A DNA stretch of 64,000 nucleotides, from IMG/VR virus record IMGVR_UViG_3300042558_004148, positions 62,001-126,000 of that record; one strand, 5' to 3'. Shown piece by piece: positions 47,969 through 57,346 of this stretch. Under the pieces are notes generated by a model that searched no databases, was not told the origin of the DNA, and worked only from the letters and a program-made list of their open reading frames with translations. A program made the translations under genes and the position numbers. The first letter of the stretch is position 1, and every line of letters starts with the position of its first letter.

Positions 47969-49639
47969 ATGACAGAGTTACAGTTACTTAGAATAGAAGA
48001 AGGGGATTCTCAGAATAATATAATTGATAAAATTAATTATAATTTTACCGGTATAATTGACTTCGGTGGAGGCCCTTATGGAAAGATAGGTAAAATTGGA
48101 CCTGATGGAAATAAGGGAGCTACTGGCCCGGTGGGTTCATACGGGGATCTCGGAAGGAGAGGTAGTATATGGAACATTGGTCCGACACAACCCCAAGGAA
48201 ATAACGTATATTTATCAGATTATTGGATGAACACTGATGAATTTAATAATATATACGAGTTCAACGGAAATTCTTGGGCATTGAGTGGCATAAACGTAAG
48301 ATCCAGGGATTTATTTTATGTTGATGGTCCAGTAATAACATCATCGGGCAACAGTACTAAAAGGGGTTATTACATATCATCTTCTCTTCCCTTAAGTTAT
48401 ACAACAGTAATTAGTGACGTCCAGATAACAAGTGGATCAAGCACCAGTTCCCCTAATGCGATACCAAATCCGCAGTATAGTAAATTCGTTATATCCACCG
48501 ATGGACTTAATCCGAATAAGAATATACTGGAGTTTAGTAAACACCAGTATTCTTCGAATTTAGCATTTACACAAAAAACACCCAGATTTTATTGGACTCA
48601 GGGAGCGACATCAGCAAGAGGAAATTATGGACTTAGCTTGCTTAGTGGATATAGATTCGATATAAACACTTCTTCCGATTTATATATTGCTTCCATTTCG
48701 TCAGGTATTAATTTAACCTCAACTGGAATCAATATGACAACGCCTAGTACTTTACCATTCGGTATAAATGCAACATCGAGAATTACATTTAATTTTTCGA
48801 CAGGTTCAGCCATATTCTCGACCAGTAATATAAGTTTCTCAGGTGGATTATTTTCTTTTAAAACCCCGATATATTCTTCTACCCAAAGTAATAGTGTTAT
48901 TCCAACGATGAGGTTGGCTTCAGCGTCGGCTAATACTGGAAATATTAGATATGTTTATCCATCCACTGGAACTAAGCTAATAAATCTATTTAGAAGTGTT
49001 CAATCTGGATCTATTATAAACTATGTAGATGGGTCTGGATTATTTTATTTTAATAAAAGAGTTAATTCCATACAGAATGCACAATCTGTAACTGCAACAA
49101 CGACATCGGTAGTTGCAGGAACACAGATAGATTGGGTTACAGTTCTTCCCTCTATCTCATTAACGTCAACCGGCAATTATGTATGGTCGAATAATGGAAT
49201 GGATTTAGTTGTAACAAAACCAACATCTACTGCAAACCAGAGAGGATTATGTTTATGGACTCCTGCCACTGGTGGAGCACCTGGTGGAAATGGTGGGTGG
49301 CTAAAATTATTGGAAAATGGTGAATCGATAAACTTTAGAGTTCATAGTGGCAATTCAGGAACTTCTAGTACCGATAATTTTAAATTCATTGGACTAAATA
49401 CTTCAAATAATCAGGGAGATGCACCTAATAATACACCATCTTCAAACTATTCATTTATTAATTTATCTGCATCTAATGGGGTTGGAGCATCTACAATAGA
49501 CATAACAATAGTTAATATACAAGGAACCGGATCAACTGCGGGTAACAGAAGATGGTTCAAAGTATATTATTCAGCATGGGGAGGTGGATTAACAACAAAC
49601 CAATGTGGTGTACTAACAACATATAATGCAACAGCCTAA
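47969..49639 (+). CDS. Collagen-repeat tail fibre paralog B
   Basis: GDSQNNIIDKINYNF followed by 11 G-X-Y triplets ending at Trp. Confidence 0.75.
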   Translation: MTELQLLRIEEGDSQNNIIDKINYNFTGIIDFGGGPYGKIGKIGPDGNKGATGPVGSYGDLGRRGSIWNIGPTQPQGNNVYLSDYWMNTDEFNNIYEFNGNSWALSGINVRSRDLFYVDGPVITSSGNSTKRGYYISSSLPLSYTTVISDVQITSGSSTSSPNAIPNPQYSKFVISTDGLNPNKNILEFSKHQYSSNLAFTQKTPRFYWTQGATSARGNYGLSLLSGYRFDINTSSDLYIASISSGINLTSTGINMTTPSTLPFGINATSRITFNFSTGSAIFSTSNISFSGGLFSFKTPIYSSTQSNSVIPTMRLASASANTGNIRYVYPSTGTKLINLFRSVQSGSIINYVDGSGLFYFNKRVNSIQNAQSVTATTTSVVAGTQIDWVTVLPSISLTSTGNYVWSNNGMDLVVTKPTSTANQRGLCLWTPATGGAPGGNGGWLKLLENGESINFRVHSGNSGTSSTDNFKFIGLNTSNNQGDAPNNTPSSNYSFINLSASNGVGASTIDITIVNIQGTGSTAGNRRWFKVYYSAWGGGLTTNQCGVLTTYNATA

Positions 49640-49641
49640 AT

Positions 49642-51753
49642 ATGCACTTCAATACTAAATATATTTTTCAAGGTGACTCAAAAAGTGAAGCCTTAGCTAA
49701 GATTAATTACAACTTTGATCAGATAGTTTCTTTTGGTGTTGGTCCTAATGGTCACCAGGGTGCTAAAGGAGCTACCGGAATATATGGGCCAGCTGGATTC
49801 AAGGGAATTAGCGGAACTACTGGTAATAGAGCAAGTAAATGGTATAGCCAATCAGCTCAACCTGCCGGAAGTCAACAATATGATTTATGGATAGATTCCA
49901 ATACTGCGGACGGAGTTGTTAATCAGAAGGGCTCAACCGGTTCTTGGACCGATACTGGATATAGACTTTTTAGTTCACTATACTTTAAATCTTATGAGTT
50001 TATACAGGGACCGGCCGGGGTAACAGATAAATATGTCATTGGTCTAAATAATGTCGGTGCATCAGCAGCATATACCAACCTGGTAATAAGTGATTCTGAT
50101 ATGAGTATATCTGATATAAATCCAAACAACTCCAAGGTATTAATTTCTACTGATGATCAGATAAATTTGCCAGTGATGGGATTTTCTAAGTCCGGTGCTA
50201 TATCGAACTCGAGACCATCTTTCTATTGGAAAAATACTGGAATTCTGGGTGATTTAGAATTCAGATCAGGTGGAATATTTAGGATAAGCTCGTATCTTGA
50301 TACTTCTATAAATACCGGCACTTCAAGATTAAATATATCAGGTAACAGAATAAATTCAACCTCCCTTAATTATAGCTTATCTGGTGTAGGTGATTTTACT
50401 ATAGCATCGAATAACACGATTGGTGCAGGAACTTTCTTTAATGTTAATGCATCAAATTTGGTCTTCAATCAGCTAGCTTATGATCATCTTGGTTCAATTG
50501 TAATATCCGCTGCAACTGGATCTTATTTATTAAATAATACACCTACAACGGCATTTGCGGGAAGTAATATCGAGCTGGAAGTAAGTAGCTTAAATAACTC
50601 GATATTTGAATTTACCGGTATAGGTGGAGGTAATATACTTTCTGCTAAACCTCAGGGAACAGTTTCAAGTGGTAATTTTTCGCAAACTATATTTGGGTCA
50701 ACGGGAGGAGCCACTGGTGGAACTGGTGGTCCATATTCATATCATGTCAGAAGACTACAGCAAATAAGACAAAACACCATAAATGTAAATAATGTTACCT
50801 TATATCGTGCTACCTTTGGCTCAACGGCAAATCTAACAAATGTTTTTGATATAAGAAATCTCACATTTTGGGAATCTGATGTTATAGTGGTTACTCCGCT
50901 TTCCTATACTTCGGCCGGCGGTGTTTATTTATATGTTCCAGCCGATTATACGCAGAGCATATATCCAATATATTCCTATAATAGATCCAGAACATTTAGA
51001 GTGATGCTAGATAATACTGAAACCAATCCAACGGGTAGAAATATACTTGGTCTTATTGTAGACTTTAGTCAATTTATTTCCAGTATAGGTACGGTGGTAA
51101 AAGTTTACGTCCAATTCCCTTCGACAACATGTCAATATGTTGATCTTACCTGGTTAGCATACGCTAATGCAAATAACGCTAATACCAGGTTATTCTGGAA
51201 AACATGCGATGGCAGGGGAGGATATTTAGATCTGACTAATCTATATTCAGTTGGTGTAGAACCACCTCCATCTAGTGGAACTGCTGGGGGTACCGTTCCT
51301 ACTAGCGGTGGATCTTCTCCGGGTGGAGGTGGATGTCCGACTCCTGATATGCCTATTATGATAAGTCCGGAATTAAGTATATTTGCTGGTGATCTTCAAA
51401 TCGGGGATGAAATATATACCATACATGAAATTAGTAACGAATGGGGTTATTATAAAGTCTCATATATAGAAACTACGATACAGCCTATAGTTTCTGTAAA
51501 TATAGGAGGAAAAATATTAACTGTTTCTGATACGCATAAATTTTTATTAAGTTCGGGAGATTATGTTTCTGTTAGTGAAATTGAAATAGGATCCGAAATA
51601 AAAACGATGAACGGAACTTCAATACTTGAATCAGTGCATGCTATTGGAAATGGTGAGGTACTAAAAATAGAAATAGAAGATGCTCATACATATGTTATTG
51701 ATAGTATCATATCTCATAACAAGATAGTAAGATCATTAACAATTGAACCATAA
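49642..51753 (+). CDS. Collagen-repeat tail fibre paralog C with a C-terminal Hint domain
   Basis: GDSKSEALAKINYNF, 10 G-X-Y triplets plus ASK, then Trp; after a Gly/Ser/Pro linker comes CPTPDMPI (51334)...HTYVIDSIISHNK. Confidence 0.8.
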   Translation: MHFNTKYIFQGDSKSEALAKINYNFDQIVSFGVGPNGHQGAKGATGIYGPAGFKGISGTTGNRASKWYSQSAQPAGSQQYDLWIDSNTADGVVNQKGSTGSWTDTGYRLFSSLYFKSYEFIQGPAGVTDKYVIGLNNVGASAAYTNLVISDSDMSISDINPNNSKVLISTDDQINLPVMGFSKSGAISNSRPSFYWKNTGILGDLEFRSGGIFRISSYLDTSINTGTSRLNISGNRINSTSLNYSLSGVGDFTIASNNTIGAGTFFNVNASNLVFNQLAYDHLGSIVISAATGSYLLNNTPTTAFAGSNIELEVSSLNNSIFEFTGIGGGNILSAKPQGTVSSGNFSQTIFGSTGGATGGTGGPYSYHVRRLQQIRQNTINVNNVTLYRATFGSTANLTNVFDIRNLTFWESDVIVVTPLSYTSAGGVYLYVPADYTQSIYPIYSYNRSRTFRVMLDNTETNPTGRNILGLIVDFSQFISSIGTVVKVYVQFPSTTCQYVDLTWLAYANANNANTRLFWKTCDGRGGYLDLTNLYSVGVEPPPSSGTAGGTVPTSGGSSPGGGGCPTPDMPIMISPELSIFAGDLQIGDEIYTIHEISNEWGYYKVSYIETTIQPIVSVNIGGKILTVSDTHKFLLSSGDYVSVSEIEIGSEIKTMNGTSILESVHAIGNGEVLKIEIEDAHTYVIDSIISHNKIVRSLTIEP

Positions 51754-51771
51754 ATATAAATGTAATATAAT

Positions 51772-52035
51772 ATGATAAGCTTAACAACAGAAGAAAAATC
51801 AGAAATACTCAATCTATCCAGAAATTTCGTTGAAATTCACCAGGAGATAGTGGGAGTAGAAAAAGAGATTAAAAGATTGGAGGAGTTATCTTCCGAATTA
51901 ATTGCCAAATTGGAAGATTGCAGGGAAAGAGAATGTGATTTCACACAGTCACTTTCTTCTAAATATGGCGAGGGTTCATTGGACGCTATTAATTTAGCAT
52001 GGAAAAAAGAAGAATTAGTAAATGAAGTACTTTAG
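51772..52035 (+). CDS. Small coiled-coil hypothetical protein
   Basis: 87 aa, heptad-rich, ending ...SKYGEGSLD. Confidence 0.7.
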   Translation: MISLTTEEKSEILNLSRNFVEIHQEIVGVEKEIKRLEELSSELIAKLEDCRERECDFTQSLSSKYGEGSLDAINLAWKKEELVNEVL

Positions 52036-52867
52036 CAAGGAGACGGTTTCAAAAGTTGGTAATATAGTTACCAGCAGATTTTTTATGCTAGCTATGCTGG
52101 TTGTATTGGTTCTGTTATTACTTAGACAATGTGGCGAAGCAGATAATGCTAAAGCTGAAGCATTGAGAGAGCATAATAATTATCTAGCATCACTGGATAG
52201 TGTAAGAACAATCAAAAATGACATGGGTCATTTAATACAGGAGAAAGCAACATATGAATTAAAAGCTTCTGAGCTTTCTGCGGAGCAAAAGAATTTAATT
52301 CAGCAACTAGGACTTAAATCAAATGGTAGGGGTGATACTCCAAACTCAGTAATCAATATGATAGCCGAGATTAGAGATAGCATTAATGTAGCATCCACTA
52401 TTGTAAAGGACCCAAATGGAGCAGAATCAATAACATTTGTACATAATCCGCAGATGCCAGGGAATAATAAATTAAAAATCGATGGTAAGACTCCATATGT
52501 TGTGGAAATACGTGTAGATCCAACAGATTCTACCAAGTATATAGCATCCGTTATACCAGGTCTTACCTCATTAATAATGGAGCAGAATATAGATATAACA
52601 ACTGGAATCTATAGAGACCCAAAAACTAAAAGAATGATGACGAGGGTTAGTACAACATATCCGGGTCTTACTTTTAATGATATAAATTCATTTGACATAA
52701 CGGATAGTCCAGATACCAGAAAAGCGCTAAAAGCTGCTAGAAAGGAATTTGGGTTTGGTGCTCAATTGGGATACGGTCTTTCTGGATCAAATTCCGGTAT
52801 AACACCTGGGTTTTATATAGGTATCGGTTTACAATATTCACCTAAGTTCTTACAATTCGGAAAATAA
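52022..52867 (+). CDS. Putative membrane lipoprotein, spanin-like candidate
   Basis: Basic N-terminus, hydrophobic stretch ending LLLRQC, coiled coil, and amphipathic C-terminal beta strands FGAQLGYG...FYIGIGLQY. Confidence 0.45.
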   Translation: MKYFSKETVSKVGNIVTSRFFMLAMLVVLVLLLLRQCGEADNAKAEALREHNNYLASLDSVRTIKNDMGHLIQEKATYELKASELSAEQKNLIQQLGLKSNGRGDTPNSVINMIAEIRDSINVASTIVKDPNGAESITFVHNPQMPGNNKLKIDGKTPYVVEIRVDPTDSTKYIASVIPGLTSLIMEQNIDITTGIYRDPKTKRMMTRVSTTYPGLTFNDINSFDITDSPDTRKALKAARKEFGFGAQLGYGLSGSNSGITPGFYIGIGLQYSPKFLQFGK

Positions 52868-52875
52868 TATAAAAA

Positions 52876-55191
52876 ATGGCATTTACAACTACATCTAAAT
52901 TTGTTCAGATAACACCATACCTCCTAATGGAGTATATGTACGCTGATGAACCAACCCCGGAGACATATTTTGTTAATAACGGACCTGTTACTGTGGGGTA
53001 CGATAAGTTGGTAAATGACTACATGAATAATAACGTGCAGGTATTTAATAGCGAATCTGATTATTCAATAACACATAATACCACGGAGAATAGTGTGGTG
53101 AGAATAGGGGAAAGCTCATTTGTTACTTTAGATTCGAATCTGATAATACCTTTTAATGACTATAGTGATGAATTAACTAATACTGTTGATCTACCTATAA
53201 CATTTCCATCGAACATACAGGTTGTTTACGATACTGTTAGATATCACATTAGGGCCGGTTATAACCTAAATAATATAGATGGTATTATAATGGGAATAGA
53301 ATACCAGGATCAGAACTTGGAGTTTGTTACGGTTTCACAAATCCTTATAAAAAAAGGAACGGAGCAGGACTATTATTTGAATCCTAGCCCAGTTACCATA
53401 GGATCTAATATCTATGATAAGTATTTTGAAATAAAAGTACCAAATTTAAAAGATATGGGTGATAAGTATTTAACTGCATCAAATGTTTTTAAACCACAGA
53501 CACTCGCATCACTAATAAGCTCCAGTGGAGAAGGATTTATATACGGTTCCCCCATCAGAATAAGCGCTTGGCAAATTCAGAATACCGTTGATTTTAATGG
53601 ATATCAAAGGTATAATTCTTCCCTGATATCTATTTTATCATTAGAGCAGGAGGATCCATTTTCTAATATAGGAGCAACAATAAAAGAATCTGACCAGGGT
53701 CAATTCTTTGAATATTATGCAACCGATAATGAGGGATTTATAGAGGACTTTGTTCTTTTCCAGAATTCAATTGGTAATTCATACTATATAAGTCATGAAA
53801 TAGAAGTTCTTGAACAAATTGGGGCAGCTTTTATACAGACGTCACAATTTCAATCAATACAAACTACCGCATACGATCTACCTAATTATTATAGACCCAT
53901 AGTTAGAAATGCTGGTGTTGCTGCTAGTTTTACGTTGAGATATACCATGTCGCTGGTTAACAATGTTAATCAAAATAGAACAATAAGAATATCAACATAT
54001 ACATCATCCAATCCTTCACAATGGGGAACTAATATAACACCAATATCACTTAGTAATTTTCCACAGGTTCAGAAGATCTATAATAGGATATATTCGCAGG
54101 CTGATATTAAATTGGGTAATAATAATCAGAATAAGATAAGGGAAATAATTAAATACAGCAATGTTTTTATAGATCAAAATTATGTTACTGCAACTATAAA
54201 TAATCTAAATTTCGTTGATAATACTTTGAGTAATATTGATGGGGCAGGAAATAGTACAGCATATGGTACGGGAAAACTAACCATAGCGATATCTCCTTTT
54301 GATAATTTCTATAAATTTAAGTTCATTAAAAGTGGTCCATCTGGAGATCCAGTTGCAATAGATCTTAGTAGCTCCGGTAAATTTAATTTATCTTTTGTTA
54401 ATCCAAAGGGTAATAAAATACAGATACCATCATTGGACGATAAAGGTATAGCTAATCCATTATCTGGAGAATTAGCATTTAAGATAGATGAATCTATATC
54501 CATGCAGATATTACAGATAACCGATAGAAGATTTTTTATAACTAATGGTACCACAGTAAGTCCAGCAACAGGTTCTGTTACTGGAAGTGAGACAATAAAG
54601 GTTTCATCAGGGGTAAGCAGTAATGTTCTGGAGAAGAGAATAGAAAGCGTAGTCGCAACAAGGAGAGACGAGAATCAATCGATATCAAGTGTGGGTAATA
54701 GCGTAAGTATAGGAGGATCTACCTTAGCCAGTACCGTTGGTAATACCAGCTCCGTTATGTATTGGGGTTATTGGAAAAAAGATGGGGAAGCTGACTTTGT
54801 AACGGGTCCAACTGCTGCTCCTGCTCCTATCATAACAACGTCAGGAAGCGGAACAAGTGGAACTGGAATAATAGGTACCTTGGCCCCTGCCAGATCAATA
54901 GTTAAATCCATACCTCCTGCATTTATTACATCCGGACAGGCCTCGGCTATAACAACTCCGAGAGCAAATACATCGCAGTCATTGAGGGGTAATATTTTGA
55001 TCTCTGCTTTAAGCGCTGAAATGGCTGGATATAAAGCAATAGGTTGGGCTGATTCGACAGTAATGCAATATTTCTTAAATCCAGGTAAACCCGGATATAT
55101 CAAATATCCTAATTTAACTAAGTCTGATTTTGTTAAAGCTGCTGATGGTATACTTTCACCAGCTAGCATATCTTCAATTTCAGGGCAATAA
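52876..55191 (+). CDS. Putative structural protein
   Basis: 771 aa; beta-rich N-terminal part and a Ser/Thr/Gly-rich C-terminal linker. Confidence 0.55.
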   Translation: MAFTTTSKFVQITPYLLMEYMYADEPTPETYFVNNGPVTVGYDKLVNDYMNNNVQVFNSESDYSITHNTTENSVVRIGESSFVTLDSNLIIPFNDYSDELTNTVDLPITFPSNIQVVYDTVRYHIRAGYNLNNIDGIIMGIEYQDQNLEFVTVSQILIKKGTEQDYYLNPSPVTIGSNIYDKYFEIKVPNLKDMGDKYLTASNVFKPQTLASLISSSGEGFIYGSPIRISAWQIQNTVDFNGYQRYNSSLISILSLEQEDPFSNIGATIKESDQGQFFEYYATDNEGFIEDFVLFQNSIGNSYYISHEIEVLEQIGAAFIQTSQFQSIQTTAYDLPNYYRPIVRNAGVAASFTLRYTMSLVNNVNQNRTIRISTYTSSNPSQWGTNITPISLSNFPQVQKIYNRIYSQADIKLGNNNQNKIREIIKYSNVFIDQNYVTATINNLNFVDNTLSNIDGAGNSTAYGTGKLTIAISPFDNFYKFKFIKSGPSGDPVAIDLSSSGKFNLSFVNPKGNKIQIPSLDDKGIANPLSGELAFKIDESISMQILQITDRRFFITNGTTVSPATGSVTGSETIKVSSGVSSNVLEKRIESVVATRRDENQSISSVGNSVSIGGSTLASTVGNTSSVMYWGYWKKDGEADFVTGPTAAPAPIITTSGSGTSGTGIIGTLAPARSIVKSIPPAFITSGQASAITTPRANTSQSLRGNILISALSAEMAGYKAIGWADSTVMQYFLNPGKPGYIKYPNLTKSDFVKAADGILSPASISSISGQ

Positions 55192-55209
55192 TAAAAATAT
55201 AGATTAGAA

Positions 55210-55758
55210 ATGTTATTAAATTCAAAGCAGAATAGTTTTTATTTCGTATTTCCTAAGGGCTTCTTTCCGGAGAAGGTTATTAATAAATATCTTCCCTATA
55301 TAAAGAAACAACCTATTCCTTATGATACTATACAAAATTATGTAAATAGTACGATACAATCAATAGGATTCCCTGGAATGTCAATAGATTCAGTTGAACA
55401 AGTTAGACCATTAGGTAAAAAAATAACATATAAAAGTTCAACCCCAGTTCAGGAACTATTTTCAAAGGATTTCAGTGTTCAGTTTAGATTGGTTGATGGG
55501 TTCATTAATTATTTTATAATGATGGACACGATTCTGCATTTTTTAAATTTTGCAAACGAACAAATATTTATACAGAATTTACCAATAAGGATCATGGACA
55601 GCGATGGAAACATAGTGGTCTCAGTTACTTTTAAGGAGGTTACGCTTACCTCATTTTCCGAATTTGAATTAAACTATACATCAAATGCTGCACAGGATGC
55701 AACATTTAATGTTGGATTCAAAGCTAACTATATAGATATAGTTTTTGAATCGAATTAA
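55210..55758 (+). CDS. Tail-tube-fold protein (gp3/gp19-like)
   Basis: FPGMSID...FSVQFRLVDGFINY...VSVTFKEV-x-LTSFSEFELNY...FNVGF pattern. Confidence 0.5.
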   Translation: MLLNSKQNSFYFVFPKGFFPEKVINKYLPYIKKQPIPYDTIQNYVNSTIQSIGFPGMSIDSVEQVRPLGKKITYKSSTPVQELFSKDFSVQFRLVDGFINYFIMMDTILHFLNFANEQIFIQNLPIRIMDSDGNIVVSVTFKEVTLTSFSEFELNYTSNAAQDATFNVGFKANYIDIVFESN

Positions 55759-55766
55759 GATATATA
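55759..55766 (+). promoter_or_regulatory. GATATATA putative late promoter
   Basis: 26 nt upstream of ATG 55785. Confidence 0.6.
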
Positions 55767-55784
55767 CATAAATAAAAACAAGAT

Positions 55785-56021
55785 ATGAAGACATTCACAG
55801 ATCTAAAAAAGATTAACGAAATGAAATACGGTCAGCCACTTTACAGTGAAAAAGACCACATGAAGAACTTATTAGTTGCAGCTTCTGGTAACGACCAGAG
55901 AGTTTTAAACGATATTGTTGATTGTTTAACAGAGGATCAGATGAAGAAGTGCTTCGATAAACTTTCCAAAGTTTATAATTATACAGGTAGCACTGGACAG
56001 AAGATCGCTCCTAGTATATAA
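55785..56021 (+). CDS. Small protein with a T4-like capsid-targeting N-terminus
   Basis: MKTFTDLKKINE resembles T4 internal protein MKTYQEFIAE. Confidence 0.65.
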   Translation: MKTFTDLKKINEMKYGQPLYSEKDHMKNLLVAASGNDQRVLNDIVDCLTEDQMKKCFDKLSKVYNYTGSTGQKIAPSI

Positions 56022-56024
56022 TAT

Positions 56025-56732
56025 ATGAATTTAGTCGGAATAGACTTTTCTATAAACTCCCCCGCTTTCTGTTGTTTGGTTGATGGCAAATACACCTGGG
56101 GATCTATAACAAGATCAGATAGAAGTGAGGAATCCCTTTCTAAGAACATCAAGAAACCATATCACATATTAAGTTGTGATGATGCTTTCAAATTGATATT
56201 CTTAGAAAAAAAGGATCTTCCCGAAAATTATTCGGAAAGAGAAAGAATTAAGATAACCTATTTCTTAGATATAGTTGATACCCTATGGAAATCTATAATA
56301 TCTATAATGGGAAAAGAACCATTCCATGTTGCAATGGAGGGTTTAAGTTTTTCGTCTAATGGTAATTCGCTAATTGATATTTCAATGGCAACTGCACTGT
56401 TAAGGGAAAGAATAATTAATGATATTGGCGTTGATAACTTTCATGTATTCTCACCAACATCAATTAAAAAATATGCGGTAAAGGGAAATGCTAAGAAGGA
56501 CGAACTTTACCATGCGTTATGTAATTATATCGAGGATGAAACAAATTTATTCATCTTCTCTAGAATACTAGAAAGCAATAAGGAAGAATGGATAACCGGT
56601 AAAAAGGTTGTTAATAAACCAATCGACGATATTGTTGACGCAACTTGGATTAATTTATATTTAAAGGAAGAATTAAAGGAATTTTATGGAATTAAAGGAA
56701 ATATTAAAAACGCATCTACAGGAAGCCTCTAG
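56025..56732 (+). CDS. RuvC-like Holliday junction resolvase
   Basis: LVGIDFSINSPA, VAMEG and DDIVDA acidic catalytic motifs. Confidence 0.8.
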   Translation: MNLVGIDFSINSPAFCCLVDGKYTWGSITRSDRSEESLSKNIKKPYHILSCDDAFKLIFLEKKDLPENYSERERIKITYFLDIVDTLWKSIISIMGKEPFHVAMEGLSFSSNGNSLIDISMATALLRERIINDIGVDNFHVFSPTSIKKYAVKGNAKKDELYHALCNYIEDETNLFIFSRILESNKEEWITGKKVVNKPIDDIVDATWINLYLKEELKEFYGIKGNIKNASTGSL

Positions 56733-57285
56733 CATTCTAAATGACTTCATTAATAACGACGAGTATCTAAACTCCGTAACAGAGGCAGCCGAAACAATCA
56801 TCACATCATTAAGTAACGGTAATAAAATAATTTCTGCAGGAAATGGCGGGTCCATGTGCGATGCTATGCATTTTGCAGAGGAACTTAGCGGGAGGTATCG
56901 TGAGAACAGGGAAGCTTTAGCCGCTGTTTCCATATCTGATCCTAGTCACATAACTTGTGTTGGAAATGATTATGGCTTCGACCAGATTTTTTCTAGATAT
57001 ATTGAAGCTGTTGGAAACGAAGGCGACGTATTTTTCGGTATAACAACTTCAGGAAATTCTAATAATATCACTCGTGCTCTGGTTACTGCCAAGAGAATGG
57101 GGATGAAGGTTGTCATACTCACATCAGACCGCCCAGAAAGCGACGTAAGAATGCTTTTTAGCCACCTTATCGATAATATCATACTAACACCAGTAAATAA
57201 ATATGCGGATCGTACGCAAGAACTACATATCAAAATAATACATTCCCTGATTGATATGATAGAGCGCCAATTGGGAATGAAATAA
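56686..57285 (+). CDS. gmhA: D-sedoheptulose-7-phosphate isomerase
   Basis: GNGGSMCDAMHFAEELSGRY, NDYGFDQIFSRYIEA, TTSGNS and ADRTQELHIKIIH. Confidence 0.95.
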   Translation: MELKEILKTHLQEASSILNDFINNDEYLNSVTEAAETIITSLSNGNKIISAGNGGSMCDAMHFAEELSGRYRENREALAAVSISDPSHITCVGNDYGFDQIFSRYIEAVGNEGDVFFGITTSGNSNNITRALVTAKRMGMKVVILTSDRPESDVRMLFSHLIDNIILTPVNKYADRTQELHIKIIHSLIDMIERQLGMK

Positions 57286-57346
57286 AATCAATAAAGAGAA
57301 ACAAAAAGTAAACAAAAAAGTAAAATTTAAAATTAAAAGAAAAATT

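Noticed and set aside
2955-57310. Shared 13-bp intergenic word gaaacaaaaagta at 2955 and 57298 as an early/middle promoter
   Set aside because: Only two copies, in very A-rich intergenic DNA, with no consistent downstream -10 element. It could be chance and needs whole-genome motif statistics.
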